A DNA stretch of 64,000 bases from Takakia lepidozioides (taxonomy: Eukaryota > Plantae > Bryophyta): positions 14,074,001-14,138,000 of the forward strand of contig CM060734.1 of NCBI GenBank assembly GCA_030704615.1, given 5' to 3'. The notes below the pieces were generated by a model. That model saw only the letters and a list, made by a program, of their open reading frames with translations. It made no database searches and had not been told where the DNA came from. Positions 11,187 to 24,550 of the stretch are shown one piece after another. Positions within the stretch are counted from its first letter, which is position 1. Every line of letters begins with the position of its first letter. A program made the position numbers and the translations under genes.

Positions 11187-14100
11187 ATGGGGTCGGGCAA
11201 GCCGAAGCGAAAGCGGAACGGCCCAAAAGATGATGATCCCGGTGAGCCCGATGGGGGCGACGTGTCACCGAGCGGCCGTTTGAGGAAGCGATTAATGTTT
11301 CCGAAAACGAGGCCGCTCAAGCGGGAGGAATCCGAGGAGTCGGAGCCCGAGGAATCTTTGAGAGCTCGACAAACCAAGAGATGCCTCCCATGCCGGCAGC
11401 CTTTTGGGAAGGGTTTGTTGGCGCAGTTTGGCGGGACGTTGAAAGACGTGTTGAAGGCGGCTAATGCCACTTCCACCAAGGCAAAGTTTAAGGTGAAGCC
11501 TAAGGAACCCGGCACCTTCGAGGGCGTTCGAAACCGGAAGGCACTCAACACCTGGCTCCTGGAGCTAGAGCAGTACTTCCGGGCGGCCAAGTTGAGTGAC
11601 GAGGATCGGGTGGAAGTGGCTCCCACCTATTTGAGGGGCTATGCTCAACAATGGTGGCAGAAACGCCTTCACGACCGAGGCCCAAGCCCGGAAACCTTGA
11701 ACTGGAGTGAGTTCAAGGAATTGATGAAGAGACAGTTTGTGCCCCTCAACGCGTCCTGGCTTGCCCGGGACAAGATGAGGAATTTGAAGCAAACAGATGA
11801 CATTCGGGGTATGTCCAGGCTTTCAATGTGCTGTTGCTCGAAGTCGCGGACATGGCAGAACCAGAAATGGTCTTCAACTTTGTGGCGGGACTGGCCCCAT
11901 GGGCTAGGCGGAAGTTGGAGGAGAAGCCACCCAAGACTTTGAACGAGGCAATTGAGAGAGCTGAATGTTTCTCGGATGTCCCTAGGGGTGAGAGACAAGG
12001 CCGTACGGAGCTGAACCACAAGAAGACCCGGCGGGAAGGTGACTCCTCCCGACCGGAAAAGAAGTGGGATAGGCCACGCGGCGAAAATGGCACGTGGAAA
12101 TCGAAGGGAGGTCCTTCACACGTCAAGGCGGCACCCGGTGCTTCGAAAGGAAAAGCGGTGGAGCGACTTATGGCGGACAGAAGGCGACCTTTGATGGAGT
12201 GTGTTTCAATTGCGGGGAGCCCGGGCACATGGCCAAGAAGTGCACGAAGCCCCGGCAATTGAACATGACTCGGGCGACCACGGAGCTGTCGGAAGATACC
12301 ATCAGTCGCTTGGTGGAAGCGGTGGTCGCCAGGACTTGCAAGGTAGGCAAATTTTCTTGTGAGTTGTATCAGGAAACTGGCGCCTTACGAAAAGGGAGTC
12401 AGTTATTGTTCGTGGATGGGATAATATCCGGAACTAATGTGTCGTTGTTGGTGGACACAGGAGCGTCGCACTCCTTCATGACGCCGGCGGCGGCGCGAAA
12501 GTTGGGACTCCCGACAAGTGACGTGGGGGCCTCTATTGAGGTGCGCTCTGCCAAAGGAGAACCTCAGTTGGCGACAAGGTTGGCGTTTGATGTTCCTCTT
12601 CAACTGGGGAGTTGGGAGGGACGTGAGAACTTCACTATCTGCGAGATCGATGGAGTGGATCTCATTTTGGGAATGACCTTTTTGAGCAAATCCGGAGCGG
12701 TCATAGATGGCCGCAAGAGAGTAGTCACGCTGCCATGTGGGAATGGTGGCGAGGTTTTACGAGTGTCGGAAACGCCCAAATCCGTGGGAGGGCGAATAAA
12801 CCTTCTATCAGCAAAGGAGTGGGCCGTGGAGGAGACACACGAGTCCCAGTTTTTGCTTTACATTAGAGAAGTGAAAAAGAAGGCGATGGGGAGCCGAGCC
12901 CAGATTGGATCAAGGGGATTTTGGAGAAATACCAGGATGTGATGCCGGAGGATTTACCAAGCGGCTTGCCACCGCGAAGAGGAGTTGACCACAAAATTGA
13001 GGTGATACCGGGATCGGAACCGCCTGCCAAGGCGCCCTACCGGTTGAGCCACAAAGAGTTGGTCGAGCTGAAGACTCAGCTCAAAGATCTAATGTCAAAG
13101 GGGTACATCCGGCCGAGTAAGTCACCTTACGGAGCCCCGGTGCTATTTGCAGACAAGAAGGATGGGACGCTGCGGATGTGTGTCGATTACAGGGCTCTGA
13201 ATAAGGTGACTATCAAAAACCGGTACCCTTTGCCAAGGATCGACGACCTCTTCGATCGGTTGGCAGGAGCGAAGTATTTCAGCCGGATCGACTTGCGCTC
13301 CGGCTATCACCAAATTCGGGTGGCGAAGGAGATGAGGAGAAGACCGCGTGCAGGACAAGGTATGGTTCATATGAGTTCTTGGTGATGCCTTTTGGGCTCA
13401 CCAATGCACCAGCGACATTTAGCACGCTGATGAACAGCCTTTTCCAGGAGTGGTTGGATGACTTTGTGATCGTGTACATCGACGACATCTTGGTGTACTC
13501 GAAAACAAAGGAGGAGCACCTCAAAAGGGTGTTCCAAAATTGCGAGAAGGGAAGCTGTATGCCAAAGCTTCAAAGTGCGAATTCGGGGTCACAAAAGTGG
13601 AGTTCTTGGGGCACGTGATTACACAGGATGGGATCAAAATGATGACAGAAAGGTGAGGGCGATCTTGGACTGGGAGCCTCCGACTTCGGTCCCGGGAGTG
13701 CGATCCTTCCTAGGACTCGCCTCCTATTACCGGAAGTATGTGAGAAATTTTCGCCAAGATCGCGGGGCCGCTGTCGGACCTTCTGTGTAAATCCAAAGTC
13801 TGGGTATGGAACACATTTTGTGGCCAAGCTTTTGCTGAATTGAAGCAGCGGATGACGGAAGCTCCAGTCTTAAAAATCCCGGAGTTCGATCGTCCGTTTG
13901 AGATTCATACATGCATCGGACTTCGCAATTGGGGGTGTACTTATGCAAGATGGACGTCCAGTGGCTTACGAAAGTAAGAAACTGAATGAAGTGGAGCGAC
14001 GGTGGCCGACGCACGAAAAAGAGATGAAGGCGGTGGTACATTGCCTTGAACTCTGGCGCCACTATGTTGGTTCCAACCCAGTGAAGGTGTTCACGGACAA

Positions 14101-15780
14101 TGTCACGGTGAAGTATTTTGCCACGCAGCCCAAGTTGTCCCCAAAACAACTTAGGTGGCAATACTTTGGCAGTGTTCGACGTGGATATCCAGTACAAACC
14201 GGGACGGGACAATGTGGTGGCCGATGCTTTAAGTAGAAAGCAGCAGCTCTTGTTGGTGTACAAGGGCGAGACGGCGCTCCAAAGGAAGATCCGGAAGGCT
14301 TGCCGGAAGGATGAGCTGGCAAAGTGCGTGATGCAGAACTTGAGAATGGGGGTTAAATCGCAGTTCCACTTGCAAAACGGACTGCTCCGGTATAAGCAAA
14401 AACGTCTCTATGTGCCAAAGGGAGGGATCAGGGATAGTCTCTTGAGAGAATGCCATGATAGCCCGCTTGCGGGCCACGGTGGAGCCAAGCGCACTGCGGC
14501 ACTCTTGAAGAAAGAGTATTTCTGGCCCAAACTGAGGGAGGAGGCAGAGGAGTATGTAAAGACATGCACCACATGCCAACAAAACCGGAGCGAGTATAAA
14601 AAGCAAGCGGGGCTGTTACAACCCTTGCCGATTCCAGAGGGGACTTGGGAAAGCGTCTCGATGGATTTCATGACTGCTATGCCGCTGTCAAAAGGATTCG
14701 ATGCAATCATGGTGGTGGTAGATAGGTTCAGTAAAATGGCCCATTTCATCCCCACCAAGGAGACGGCAACTGCGCAGGAGACAGGGCGACTTTACTTCGC
14801 CCACGTCTTAAAGCATCATGGAGTCCCGAAGGATATTGTCTCGGACCGCGACCCAAAGTTTACGAGTAAATTCTGGAGAGCACTTTGGAAGAAGATGGGG
14901 ACGAGGCTGAAGATGAGCACCGCCTTCCGACCTACGACGGACGGCCAAACGGAAAGAGTGAATTCCGTAGTGAAGCAATTCTTGCGGAATTACGTGTCGG
15001 CAGACCAATCAGACTGGATGGAACACTTAGACGCGGCAGAGTTCTGTTATAATAACACAGAACACTCCGCGACGGGAGTTTCCCCTTTTGTGTTGGTCTA
15101 TGGAAAAGCACCTCTGTGCCGACAAGTTGGGCCGCCCAGGACGTTGAGGAACCGGCAGTAGCGGCGGTACTGGAAGAACGCGAGCGTTTGTTGAAGCTCG
15201 CAAAGTACAACATTGCCAAAGCTAGGAAACGGTATGAAAGGCAGGCGAATCGGAAGCGGAGGGAAGTGAAGTTTGAGGCAGGCACAGAGGGTCTGGTTGA
15301 ACATCAAGAATTTTCGACTACCTCCGGAAATGAGTCCGAAGTTCGTACCTCCGTATGCGGGTCCCTTTCGCATTCGGAGGGTTATGAATGAGGATGTGTA
15401 TGAATTGGAGCTGCCAGCAAACAGCAAGGTGCACCCAGTATTCCATGTCTCCCTTTTGAAGCCTTACTTCAAAGATGAAGCACGTCCGAATCGGCAGCAA
15501 GTGTTGCGTCCGCCACCTATGCTGTTGGATCATGAAAATGAACCCGAGTACGAGGTGGAGGCAACTTAAGTCGAGGAGGTTCAAGAACCGAGAAACGGAG
15601 TATCTCGTCAAATGGAAGGGCTATCATCTTGTGGAGGCATCTTGGGTGCGTGCCTCAGAAATGGGAAACGCATCCGAGGCAGTTGCAGCGTTCGAAGGGC
15701 GACCTCAAAAGCGAAGAAGCGTTGATGGGGACATCAACCTTGGAGCGTGGGGGAGGAAATGCATGCTTAGCCCGGTTTAG
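11187..15780 (+). pseudogene. gag-pol polyprotein (gag, CCHC knuckle, protease, RT, RNase H, integrase, chromodomain), frameshifted
   Basis: CFNCGEPGHMAKKC; LVDTGASH; [25 protein letters not shown]; GH..CTTC zinc finger; SMDF/SDRD/GQTER integrase; GPF; YEVE...YLVKWKGY..ASW chromodomain. Confidence 0.93.
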
Positions 15781-16629
15781 CTAGCTCAGGAATCCGATTG
15801 CAAAAACTTGTATTGTACAAAAATTTGTGATAAAGGAAATGGGTTCCAAATATTGTGCGTCCTATTGTGTTTGGAATGGTGATGCATGGTGTGGTTGGCT
15901 GGTGTGTAGAATGCATGCTAGCTTACAAAAGTGGGAGAGGTAAATTGGGTTAATCGTGTGTTTGCGCAGCCGAAATCGGGTGACTCCCATCCAAGGGGCA
16001 AGGAAACTTGCGCCTTATTTGGGAGTTCAAGTGCTAGTGCGCACCTGGCGCGTGCGCGTACTATAACTGCGCTACCGAGGGGGTTGCCTTGTAGTGCGGG
16101 CTAACGCGGAAGCTACGTGCTTCCGTTCACGTACTATAATCGTGTAGCCTCGGGACGAAGTCGTAGTGCGGCTTCGGCGTGTTCCCGTACCTCAGGCCAG
16201 CATTCCAAGGCGGACCCAATTGTAGTGATTGGGGCGCACGGTTGGTTCAAGGTTATCTTCCTAGTCAAAGAGGGTTCCAGGTGAACCCTTGCTCAAGGTG
16301 ATGCCAAAAGCGGCATCATGAGCGATCGCAAGCAATGTTGTTGCAGTAAGGCGATTCGATCCTCGGGGAGGATCGTTCCTTGGCCTTGAAGTAGGCCAAG
16401 AAGAGTGCACTGGGAGGAGCTGGAGAGGCTCCACCCTTGGCCGGGACTTGGAGGAAGTCGGCCGAACTAGCTAGTGGAGAGTGGAGTCAAGTGTGGGGTT
16501 TGGTTCTTTGCCATGGGACGCCATGGTACGGAAACAAACTCCTTGATGTGGGACGCCACAACTTGGATGTTCGTTTCTACAAAATGGACAAGTCGATGAG
16601 GACATCGACTCCCTGTTGGTAGGGGTGTG

Positions 16630-16777
16630 TGTCGCGGCCCTTTGCCTTGAGGGCAGGGGGTCGGGACACATGAGGGGCTGCCCCTGTGGTGGGGGCAGCG
16701 GCAGCGATAGGTATGGGGGCTGAAGCACCCTTGAGTGCCCAAGGCACTCAAGGAGGCGGAGGCGCTCACTAGGTGGA
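16630..16777 (+). repeat. Truncated 3' LTR
   Basis: Near-identical to 10420-10567. Preceded by GGTAGGGGTGTG and cut at the start of the giant palindrome. Confidence 0.9.
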
Positions 16778-17605
16778 GGAGGTTTACTATTTCATGAGCA
16801 GAACCAGGCCATGAGCCATGAGCCGCATGAGCCGCATGAGCGGTGAGCCGAAGTCTAAGATACGCGGATTTCATGAGCGGACTCCTCCAAATTGGAAATG
16901 CGGCAGATTAAACAAGTATTAAATAATAGTTTTTTTTTTGACCTTGCCGTTTTTGGACGTCCAGATCATGTAATGCGGCGAAGATATGTCGTCAGTAACA
17001 AGTCCGCTCATGGTTTATAGATCCGCTCATGGAAATAAGTGACCGTGCAACGGGAAATCCAGTATACCACTGCAAAGGACGTCGCATACTGGCCTGTATA
17101 GAGGATTCCGCGGTTTTACATGCCTTAACATTGGAATGAAGCTGACCCTTTTGCCGCGATTGAACCAATGGAGTCTGCACCAATACAGTCTGCAGTACTT
17201 CACAGTCTTCTCTTCGGGTATTCGGCGGGAAAGGTTTGCAACTGAACTGGGAAATAGGTGCCGCATTAGGGTTCGCACGTGCGAAATTTCGGAGCGGTTG
17301 GTGTTGGCGAAGGCCGCCTCTGGGGTACCTACGACGATACTTGGAAATTCGGCGCCGCATTTCCTTGTCGGAGGTCGAATGGGGAGAGCAAGTTTTCGGA
17401 AAGCAGAAAAACTGAACCCTCCAACATACAAAAATACATGCACGTGGAAACAAGTGAACGATATAATATCTTAGTTCGATCAAAACAGGTTACTGGTAGG
17501 CAAGACATATGTCGGACCTTTGTGTGGCCAGAGTCTGAGGTACTGGCAGCAGTACAGTTCTACTATCCGATGGGCGTACCATTGTATGTGGACCGCAAGC
17601 CAAGC

Positions 17606-20600
17606 TCACTGGTCCCCTGGATCCATATTCAGAAGAGTGTGAACCTCCTGGGGGCTCAACCCTGGTGCATGTATGAAGTGATGAGTTGTGGAATTACAAC
17701 GGAGTCTCTTTAGGTACACGTAGTACAAATGCTTGCAAGGGCAGTATGATGCCCCCTTGTTCGCCATGATCTGGAAGTCGGTGCAATTGCAGGTGGGTAA
17801 TTCTGAAATGGTGATGGTGTACACCTCATTGCGAACAGCTGAGCCCGCCGTGGCCATCTGATACACACGCCCGAATCCTGGTGGGGCACTTCTGTCGAGC
17901 TCTGGATTGTACAGTTCATCCGAAGTGCATTCCCCATCCTGTCTCGTTCACTTTTGAGGGAGGTCGCCGCCTCTTCGGTTTCCCCCAACGGTGTGTAGGA
18001 TGCTTAGAGCTGTCGTCCCATTGTTCTTGCTCTCACAGGGGTCGGTGGTGGAGGCTGTGGAAGCGGAAATGGTTGTCTGGGCACGTCAGTGCGCTGCACC
18101 ATCCGAAATCCTGCGGCGGTAAGGGCGTCGGCCTCAACCTGACTCAGATCGCAGCCTGGTTCCACCGGCCACACCGGGGAGCCTCTGGCATTGTTGTATG
18201 CCGTACTTGGGCTTTCCATACACGCAAGTCATAATGTCGTGCCTGCAGAACCAGAACTGGGTGGTTGTCGCCTCCGCAAACTTTGCATGGACAATCTTCC
18301 TGTAAAAGTAGGAGCAGGGACAGCCCCATCTGGATTCCTCCTTATCATCTCTAAACAACGTTGCCGTGTATCCACACGAATTGCGGAACACCTTCCTCGA
18401 AACGACGGCTTTGTGCGAGCAATTCTCCACTGTGAGGCAGACACAGTCGTCTCCACAATGGCTTGGCCATACTGCATAACAGCGGGCGGAATGTGGGCAA
18501 GGGAGCGGTGGGAATTTGTTGCACGAAATCCCCGGTTGAAGGCGACGGCGATCTGGAATTTCTTGGGCTTCCACTGCTGGAAGACACATTGTGCGGCAAC
18601 ATGACGGGACCTCGAGGTGCTGTCCGAATGTTCCTGTCGGATCTCCAGGAATCCTCTTCGCACCCGGGTTCCTCTTCAATCCTCCGCCTGACAGGGCGAG
18701 TCCGGACGTCCCCCTCTAGGTGTTCACCTCTGCGGTGCAGAGGCGTCCCTTTGATCTTCTCTCGCAATGCTGTCGCCCATTTCACTGGATTCTTGGACCT
18801 CGAAGCTGTTCGTACCAACAATTCCTCCCTGTCCGGCCCAAAGCCCCATTGTTTGCCGCTCAGGAACTTGTAGTACGTGGCTTGCTGCATGATTGCTCTG
18901 TCGATGTCCTCCGTTGTGGCCGTCACTACGTCCACCAGATGTGCGGCAGAAGACGCTCGCCAGGAGGAGTGGACCGATTCTGCCATATTCGTGTTCGGCA
19001 TGTCCGTGTCGGAATCCAAGCACCGCTCCTAGAAGGACACAAACAACGGTGAGGGACCAATCGAAATGTCCGTAACAGAAAGACAAATGAACGAAAATGA
19101 CAGCAGCCTACCTCCCGCATGTACTGTCCGAACTGTCGATACCGAAAATGCCACCACCCCAACCAGCTGTGCAATGCTCCCAGATTGGTTGTCTCCACTG
19201 CACCTGACGTGTTCCACCAAGCCTCGATGATAGCAAACTTAACCTCCGCGTCATCAAATGTGGGTGCATCCTTCCACGCCGTACAAAGGACACGGTGTTC
19301 AGCCTGGAATGAGCTAGCAACAAATTTGGTAGTGTAGTGGGATAGACTCTGCATCCAATGGAATCCACAGGATCTCTCTTTCCCCTCCATTGGAACATTG
19401 GGGTCCTCACCCGTACACACGCCGCACCGCTGCCCAGTTGGCCTGAGCGTTGTCTGCCATGAATCCCCTGAAATTGGGCTCTGGCAATCCCGCCCTTGCC
19501 ATCTGCTGGTTTATGCCCTCCCACAGATGCATCTCGGACTGTGTGTCCTCCCCTTTCATCTCGCAGATTGCAATCGTCATGAGCCTCTTGGAGTGATAGT
19601 CATAAACATGCGCACCCATAGTCACCCACTGATGGTTTGTAATTCGCTTGATGTGATCAAACATCACCCAAGCATTCGACAAGTTTCCAGTTGTCATGCG
19701 AGTGACCAAGTCGACTCCACTCCAGGCCCACACGTCGACATTTGAAAATGTAACAACGATCGGATTCGCTGCCTTGCCCTGGAAACCTGCTACCTTGGAT
19801 GTAGTCATATCCAGTCATTCGTTTCACCTCCAGGATTGAGTACATGTCCGACCCCCTGCCGAACTCCTGCTTGCAAGATACGATGTGATTCCGCACATTC
19901 GGACTACAAACGTGCGAGACGGACTCCAAGAGGTCACGCATCTCGTCTTCGGTCAAGGGCTCTCGGTCGGAACCATCTTCAGACATGATTTTGCCAAGAG
20001 CAATCTTGTGGCTGCCTTCAGCTGAATCTGCTTTGGTCTGGCTCCGGGGCTCAATTTCACCTCCTCTTTTATGTCGTGTGCTTCCTGCACAGCCTCACGC
20101 ATGTTGCCTCTCGCCAAGGGGTGGCAGTGGACCCCAACGTGTATGCAAGCTCTAGTCAAGTCCGGGAGCAAATGGATAACGTAATATTGCTTGGCTCTGC
20201 ACATGGACATGCACGTCGGTGGTTCTTTGCAATGTGCACACTTGAAAGAACCCGCAGGAGCTTGGCTGGAGACAATGAATGGATGATGCGTTGTGCCAGT
20301 CCAATCCGTCTCGTTTCTCCGCCCTCCTTTGGAGAGAAAGTGGAAGCAGGTGGGATTGAGGCACCTCAGCTTCCCCGCACAGAGGACATATCGTACACGA
20401 ACACCATCAGCAATTTTCGTGCTACTGGTCTTCGTCACACACCAGGGGTGTCCGTCATGCTTTCGATCCATGTCTGTTAACATCCCGGAGGCTTTCTTTG
20501 ACGAAGAAACAGGTGGAAACTCGAAGATGACATTGCCATCGACTTCGGGAGGCAGAAAATTACCTTTCTGACTGGGAATTTGGCATAGTCGAGAGCAGCC

Positions 20601-21197
20601 AGCTCGGAGCGAGAACCATCGAGGTGATGTTCGTAGGAGCTGCACAATGGACCGGGTTGGAGTTATGCTCGAGGGCACATGCGTAGCACCTACAGAGACG
20701 TCCATGCCGGATTTGAACGACCGTGTGGAGGACATGGGTACCTCAATGCAATCATCTTCCTCGTCGGAAATGTCGAATACGTCCACACGAGAAGCTATGG
20801 AGGGTCTTGACGGTCCAGGTCGGGAATGATTATCGTTGCATACCTCTCTGTTGGCAGTGGCCGCCTGTCGGTTTCCGGACTCCTTTGTGGATGGTGTGGG
20901 CAGCGACTGATTCGGAAAGGGAATGGGCATTCCCACAGCTCGGTACAGGATGGTGTCTGACGGGGGAACGTGCCATTCGATTCCGCAACCTCCGTCGTTA
21001 CCTAGCACGACAATGGTCTCGTCAACCTGTCCAGGAACATCCTTCCTTTCTTCTTCCAAATAAACTGTGCCCGGTTTGAGCTTGAATTTGGAACAAAGGT
21101 AAGTTTCAGTCACTCTGCAAAGTCCTCCCTCGTTTGGGATCCAGGCTCTCCCAAGTTGCGGAGGACAGCAAACTATAGCGTAGGAATTCGGAGCCAT
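17606..21197 (-). pseudogene. Mutator-like transposase (WRKY/GCM-like Zn domain, MULE DDE core, SWIM finger), left copy, frameshifted
   Basis: CAGKLRCLNPTC...CAHC...C...HVGVHCHP; WVMFDH (D1), FMADNAQAN (D2), CGFH (CxxH), TNMAESVHS (E); C-terminal CNCTDF...CKHLYYV SWIM; one GT-AG intron. Confidence 0.8.
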
Positions 21198-21619
21198 CGA
21201 ACACCGCACGGAGTTGGCAAGTGCGAGGTTCAGTATAGCGACAGACCAAGGCTCACAGGCACCATCTAAGTGGATCTGCGGAGTCCATCGACGATTGGAA
21301 GTCGCACATTGAAGTGGAAAGTATTGTTTCAAGCTACATGCATGAAGGTGGGAGGTTTGATTCCATAGCCAGTGAGTAGGACAATGATGGCCGATTCGGC
21401 GACGAAATAACATCTCCTGACAGTTTCTCCTGAGGGTGGATCCAGCAGTATTCTCGGTGCAGACAGGAACGTTCGCACTGACAAGTGCCAGGACTGCTGG
21501 TTAAAACGGTCAGACAACCAAGTTGTGCTCATCAAGACTGGCCGCAATTGTGTTGTTTCGGAACAATGCAACCCATTGAGGTTCCAGATTTCCCGTCACG
21601 AGTGATTCTTCGATTGCTG

Positions 21620-24140
21620 GTGGACGGAAATACGGCGCCGCATTTCCGTATTGCATCTTGGTCATGCACAGAGCGACGGAAATGCGGCACCGAGTTTCCG
21701 TCCGGGGGAAACCTTTATACTCTCCAGAACGGAAATGCGGTAACGCATTTCCATCCAGCAAGCACGGTATGTGAAGGTGGAACGGAAATGCGGTACCGCA
21801 TTTCCGTTCGATTGAGATTATGAACAACGGGAACAGAAATGCGGCACCGCATTTCCGTCCGAGTCGCACTTTTCGACATTCCAGAACGGGAATGCGGCCG
21901 CATTTCCATTTTGTATCTGATGCATGGAGCTGAGGGATAGAAATGCTGCAGCACATTTCCGTCCTTAAAAACATTCATACTCTCGAGAACGGAAATGCGG
22001 TACCGCATTTTCATTCAACAAGCACGGTATGTGAAGGTGGAACGGAAATGCGGTACCGCATTTCCGTTCTGATTGAGAATTATGAACAACGGGAACAGAA
22101 ATGCGGCACCGCATTTCCGTCAAAGTCGCACTTTCGACATTCCATAAGGAAATGCGGCGCCGCATTTCCATTTTGTATCTGATGCCTGGAGCCGAGTAAG
22201 ATTCCGACAGCTTCATACAGCGCAATTCCGACGGTTGAGACATTCACACTATCCAGAACGGAAATGCGGCACCGCATTTCCGTTCTGACTGAAATCGCGA
22301 ACTATCTGAACTGAAATGCGGCACGTATTTCCAGAGTCGCACCTACCATCATTCCAGAACGGAAATGCGGCACCGCATTTCCGTTCTGACTGAAAATCGT
22401 GAACCATCGGAACTGAATTGCGGCATCGTATTTCCATCCGAGTCGCACCTACCATCAGGCCAGAACGGAAATGCGGCACCGCATTTCCGTTCTGACTGAA
22501 AATCGTGAACCATCGGAACTGAAATGCGGCAGCGCATTTCCATCCGAGTCGCACCTCCCAACATTCCAGAACGAATGTATTAGATTTAAAAGGGAAATGC
22601 GGCACCGCATTTCCGTTCTGATGAAATATCCTGAAACATCGAATTGAAATGCGGTACCGCATTTCCGTCGGAGTCCCACCATCCGACATTCCAAACGGAA
22701 ATGCGGCACCGCATTTCCGTTTTGTATGTGAGGCATGGAGCTGTGGAACGAAAATGCGGAACGCATTTCCGCCAGCGTCAGACGTTAATACTCTACAGAA
22801 CGGAAATGCGGTACCGCATTTCCATTCTGACTGAAAATCGTGCGCAACGGGTACAGAAATGCGGCACCGCATTTCAGTCGCACCTTCCGACATCCTCAAC
22901 GGAAATGCGGCGCCGCATTTCCTTTCGAGAATGTCGAAGGTGCGACTCGAACGGAAATGCGGTGCCGCATTTCTGTACCCGTTGCGCATTTTCAGTCAGA
23001 ATGGAAATGCGGTACCGCATTTCCGTTCTGTAGAGTATAACTCTGACGCTGGCGGAAATGCCTTCCGCATTTTCGTTCCACAGCTCCATGCCTCACATAC
23101 AAAACGGAAATGCGGTGCCGCATTTCCGTTTTGGAATGTCGGATGGGGGACTCCGACGAAATGCGGTACCGCATTTCAATTCCGATGTTTCAGGATATTT
23201 CATCAGAACGGAAATGCGGTGCCGCATTTCCCTTTAAATCTAATACATTCCGTTCTGGGAGGTGCGACTCGGATGGAAATGCGCTGCCGCATTTCAGTTC
23301 CGATGGTTCACGATTTTCAGTCAGAACGGAAATGCGGTGCCGCATTTCCGTTCTGGATGGTAGGTGCGACTCGATGGAAATACCTTCAGTGGTTCCGATG
23401 TCAAACGGAAATGCGAATGATGGTAGTGCGACTCGGATGGAAATACGTGCCGCATTTCAGTTCGATGTTTTTTCAGTCAGAACGGAAATGCGGTGCCGCA
23501 TTTCCGTTCTGGATAGTGTGAATGTCTCAACCGGTCGGAATTGCGCTGTATGAAGCTGTCGGAATCACTCGGCTCCAGGCATCAGATACAAAATGGAAAT
23601 GCGGCGCCGCATTTCCTTCTGGAATGTCGAAAGTGCGACTCGGACGGAAATGCGGTGCCGCATTTCTGTTCCCGTTGTTCATAATTCTCAATCAGAACGG
23701 AAATGCGGTACCGCATTTCCGTTCCACCTTCACATACCGTGCTTGTTGAATGAAAATGCGGTACCGCATTTCCGTATGGACAGTAGAATGTCTTTTAAGG
23801 ACGGAAAGTGCTGCAGCATTTCTATCCCTCAGCTCCATGCATCAGATACAAATGGAAATGCGGCGCCGCATTTCCGTTCTGGAATGTCAGATAAGTGCGA
23901 CTCGGACGGAAATGCGGTGCCGCATTTCTGTCCCGTTGTCATAATTCCCAATCAGAACGGAAATGCGGTACCGCATTTTCGTTCCACCTTCACATACCGT
24001 GCTTGCTGGATGGAAATGCGTTACCGCATTTCCGTTCTGGAGAGTATAAAGGTTCCCCCGGACGGAACTCGGTGCCGCATTTCCGTCGCTCTGGTGCATG
24101 ACAAGAAGCAATACGGAAATGCGGCGCCGTATTTCCGTCC
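21620..24140. repeat. Array of ~22-28-bp palindromes (AAC)GGAAATGCGG-YR-CCGCATTTCC(GTT) spaced at ~52-58 bp with variable linkers
   Basis: Cores at ~21678, 21731, 21784, 21836, 21991, 22044, 22097, 22149 and onward. Linkers recur with a ~260-bp higher-order period. The array is mirrored about 22911/22912. Confidence 0.95.
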
Positions 24141-24550
24141 ACCAGCAATCGAAAGAATCACTCGGGGACGGGAAATCTGAACCTCAATGGGTTGCATTGT
24201 TCCGAAACAACATTGCGGCCAGTCTTGATGAGCACAAATGGGTTTCTGACCGTTTTAACTAATAGTCCTGGCACTTGTCAGTGCGAACGTTCCTGTCTTG
24301 CACCGAGAATACTGCTAGATCCACCCTAAGGAGAAACTGTGAGGAGATGTTATTTCGTCGCCGAATCGGCCATCATTGTCATACTTACTGGCTATGGAAT
24401 CAAACCTCCCACCTTCATGCATGTAGCTTGAAACAATACTTTCCACTTCAATGTGCGACTTCCAATCGTCGATGGACTCCGCATGGTGCCTGTGAGCCTT
24501 GGTCTGTCGCTATACTGAACCTCGCACTTGCCAACTCCGTGCGGTGTTCG

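Larger units (their letters stand above)
10420..16777 (+). mobile_element. Ty3/Gypsy chromovirus LTR retrotransposon (Galadriel-like), 3' LTR truncated
   Basis: 5' LTR TGTCGC...GCGACA, Met PBS, gag-PR-RT-RH-INT-chromodomain order, purine-rich tract before the second LTR copy at 16630. Confidence 0.95.

Noticed and set aside
21620-24140. CRISPR array (palindromic repeats with ~30-bp spacers)
   Set aside because: Spacers recur with higher-order periodicity and are mirrored, repeats are degenerate, there are no cas genes or leader, and the context is a eukaryotic transposon.
21485-24180. ORFs with repeated TEMRCRISV / RKCGAAFPF / NGNAVPHF peptides
   Set aside because: They are by-products of the stop-poor palindromic repeat and appear in all frames on both strands.
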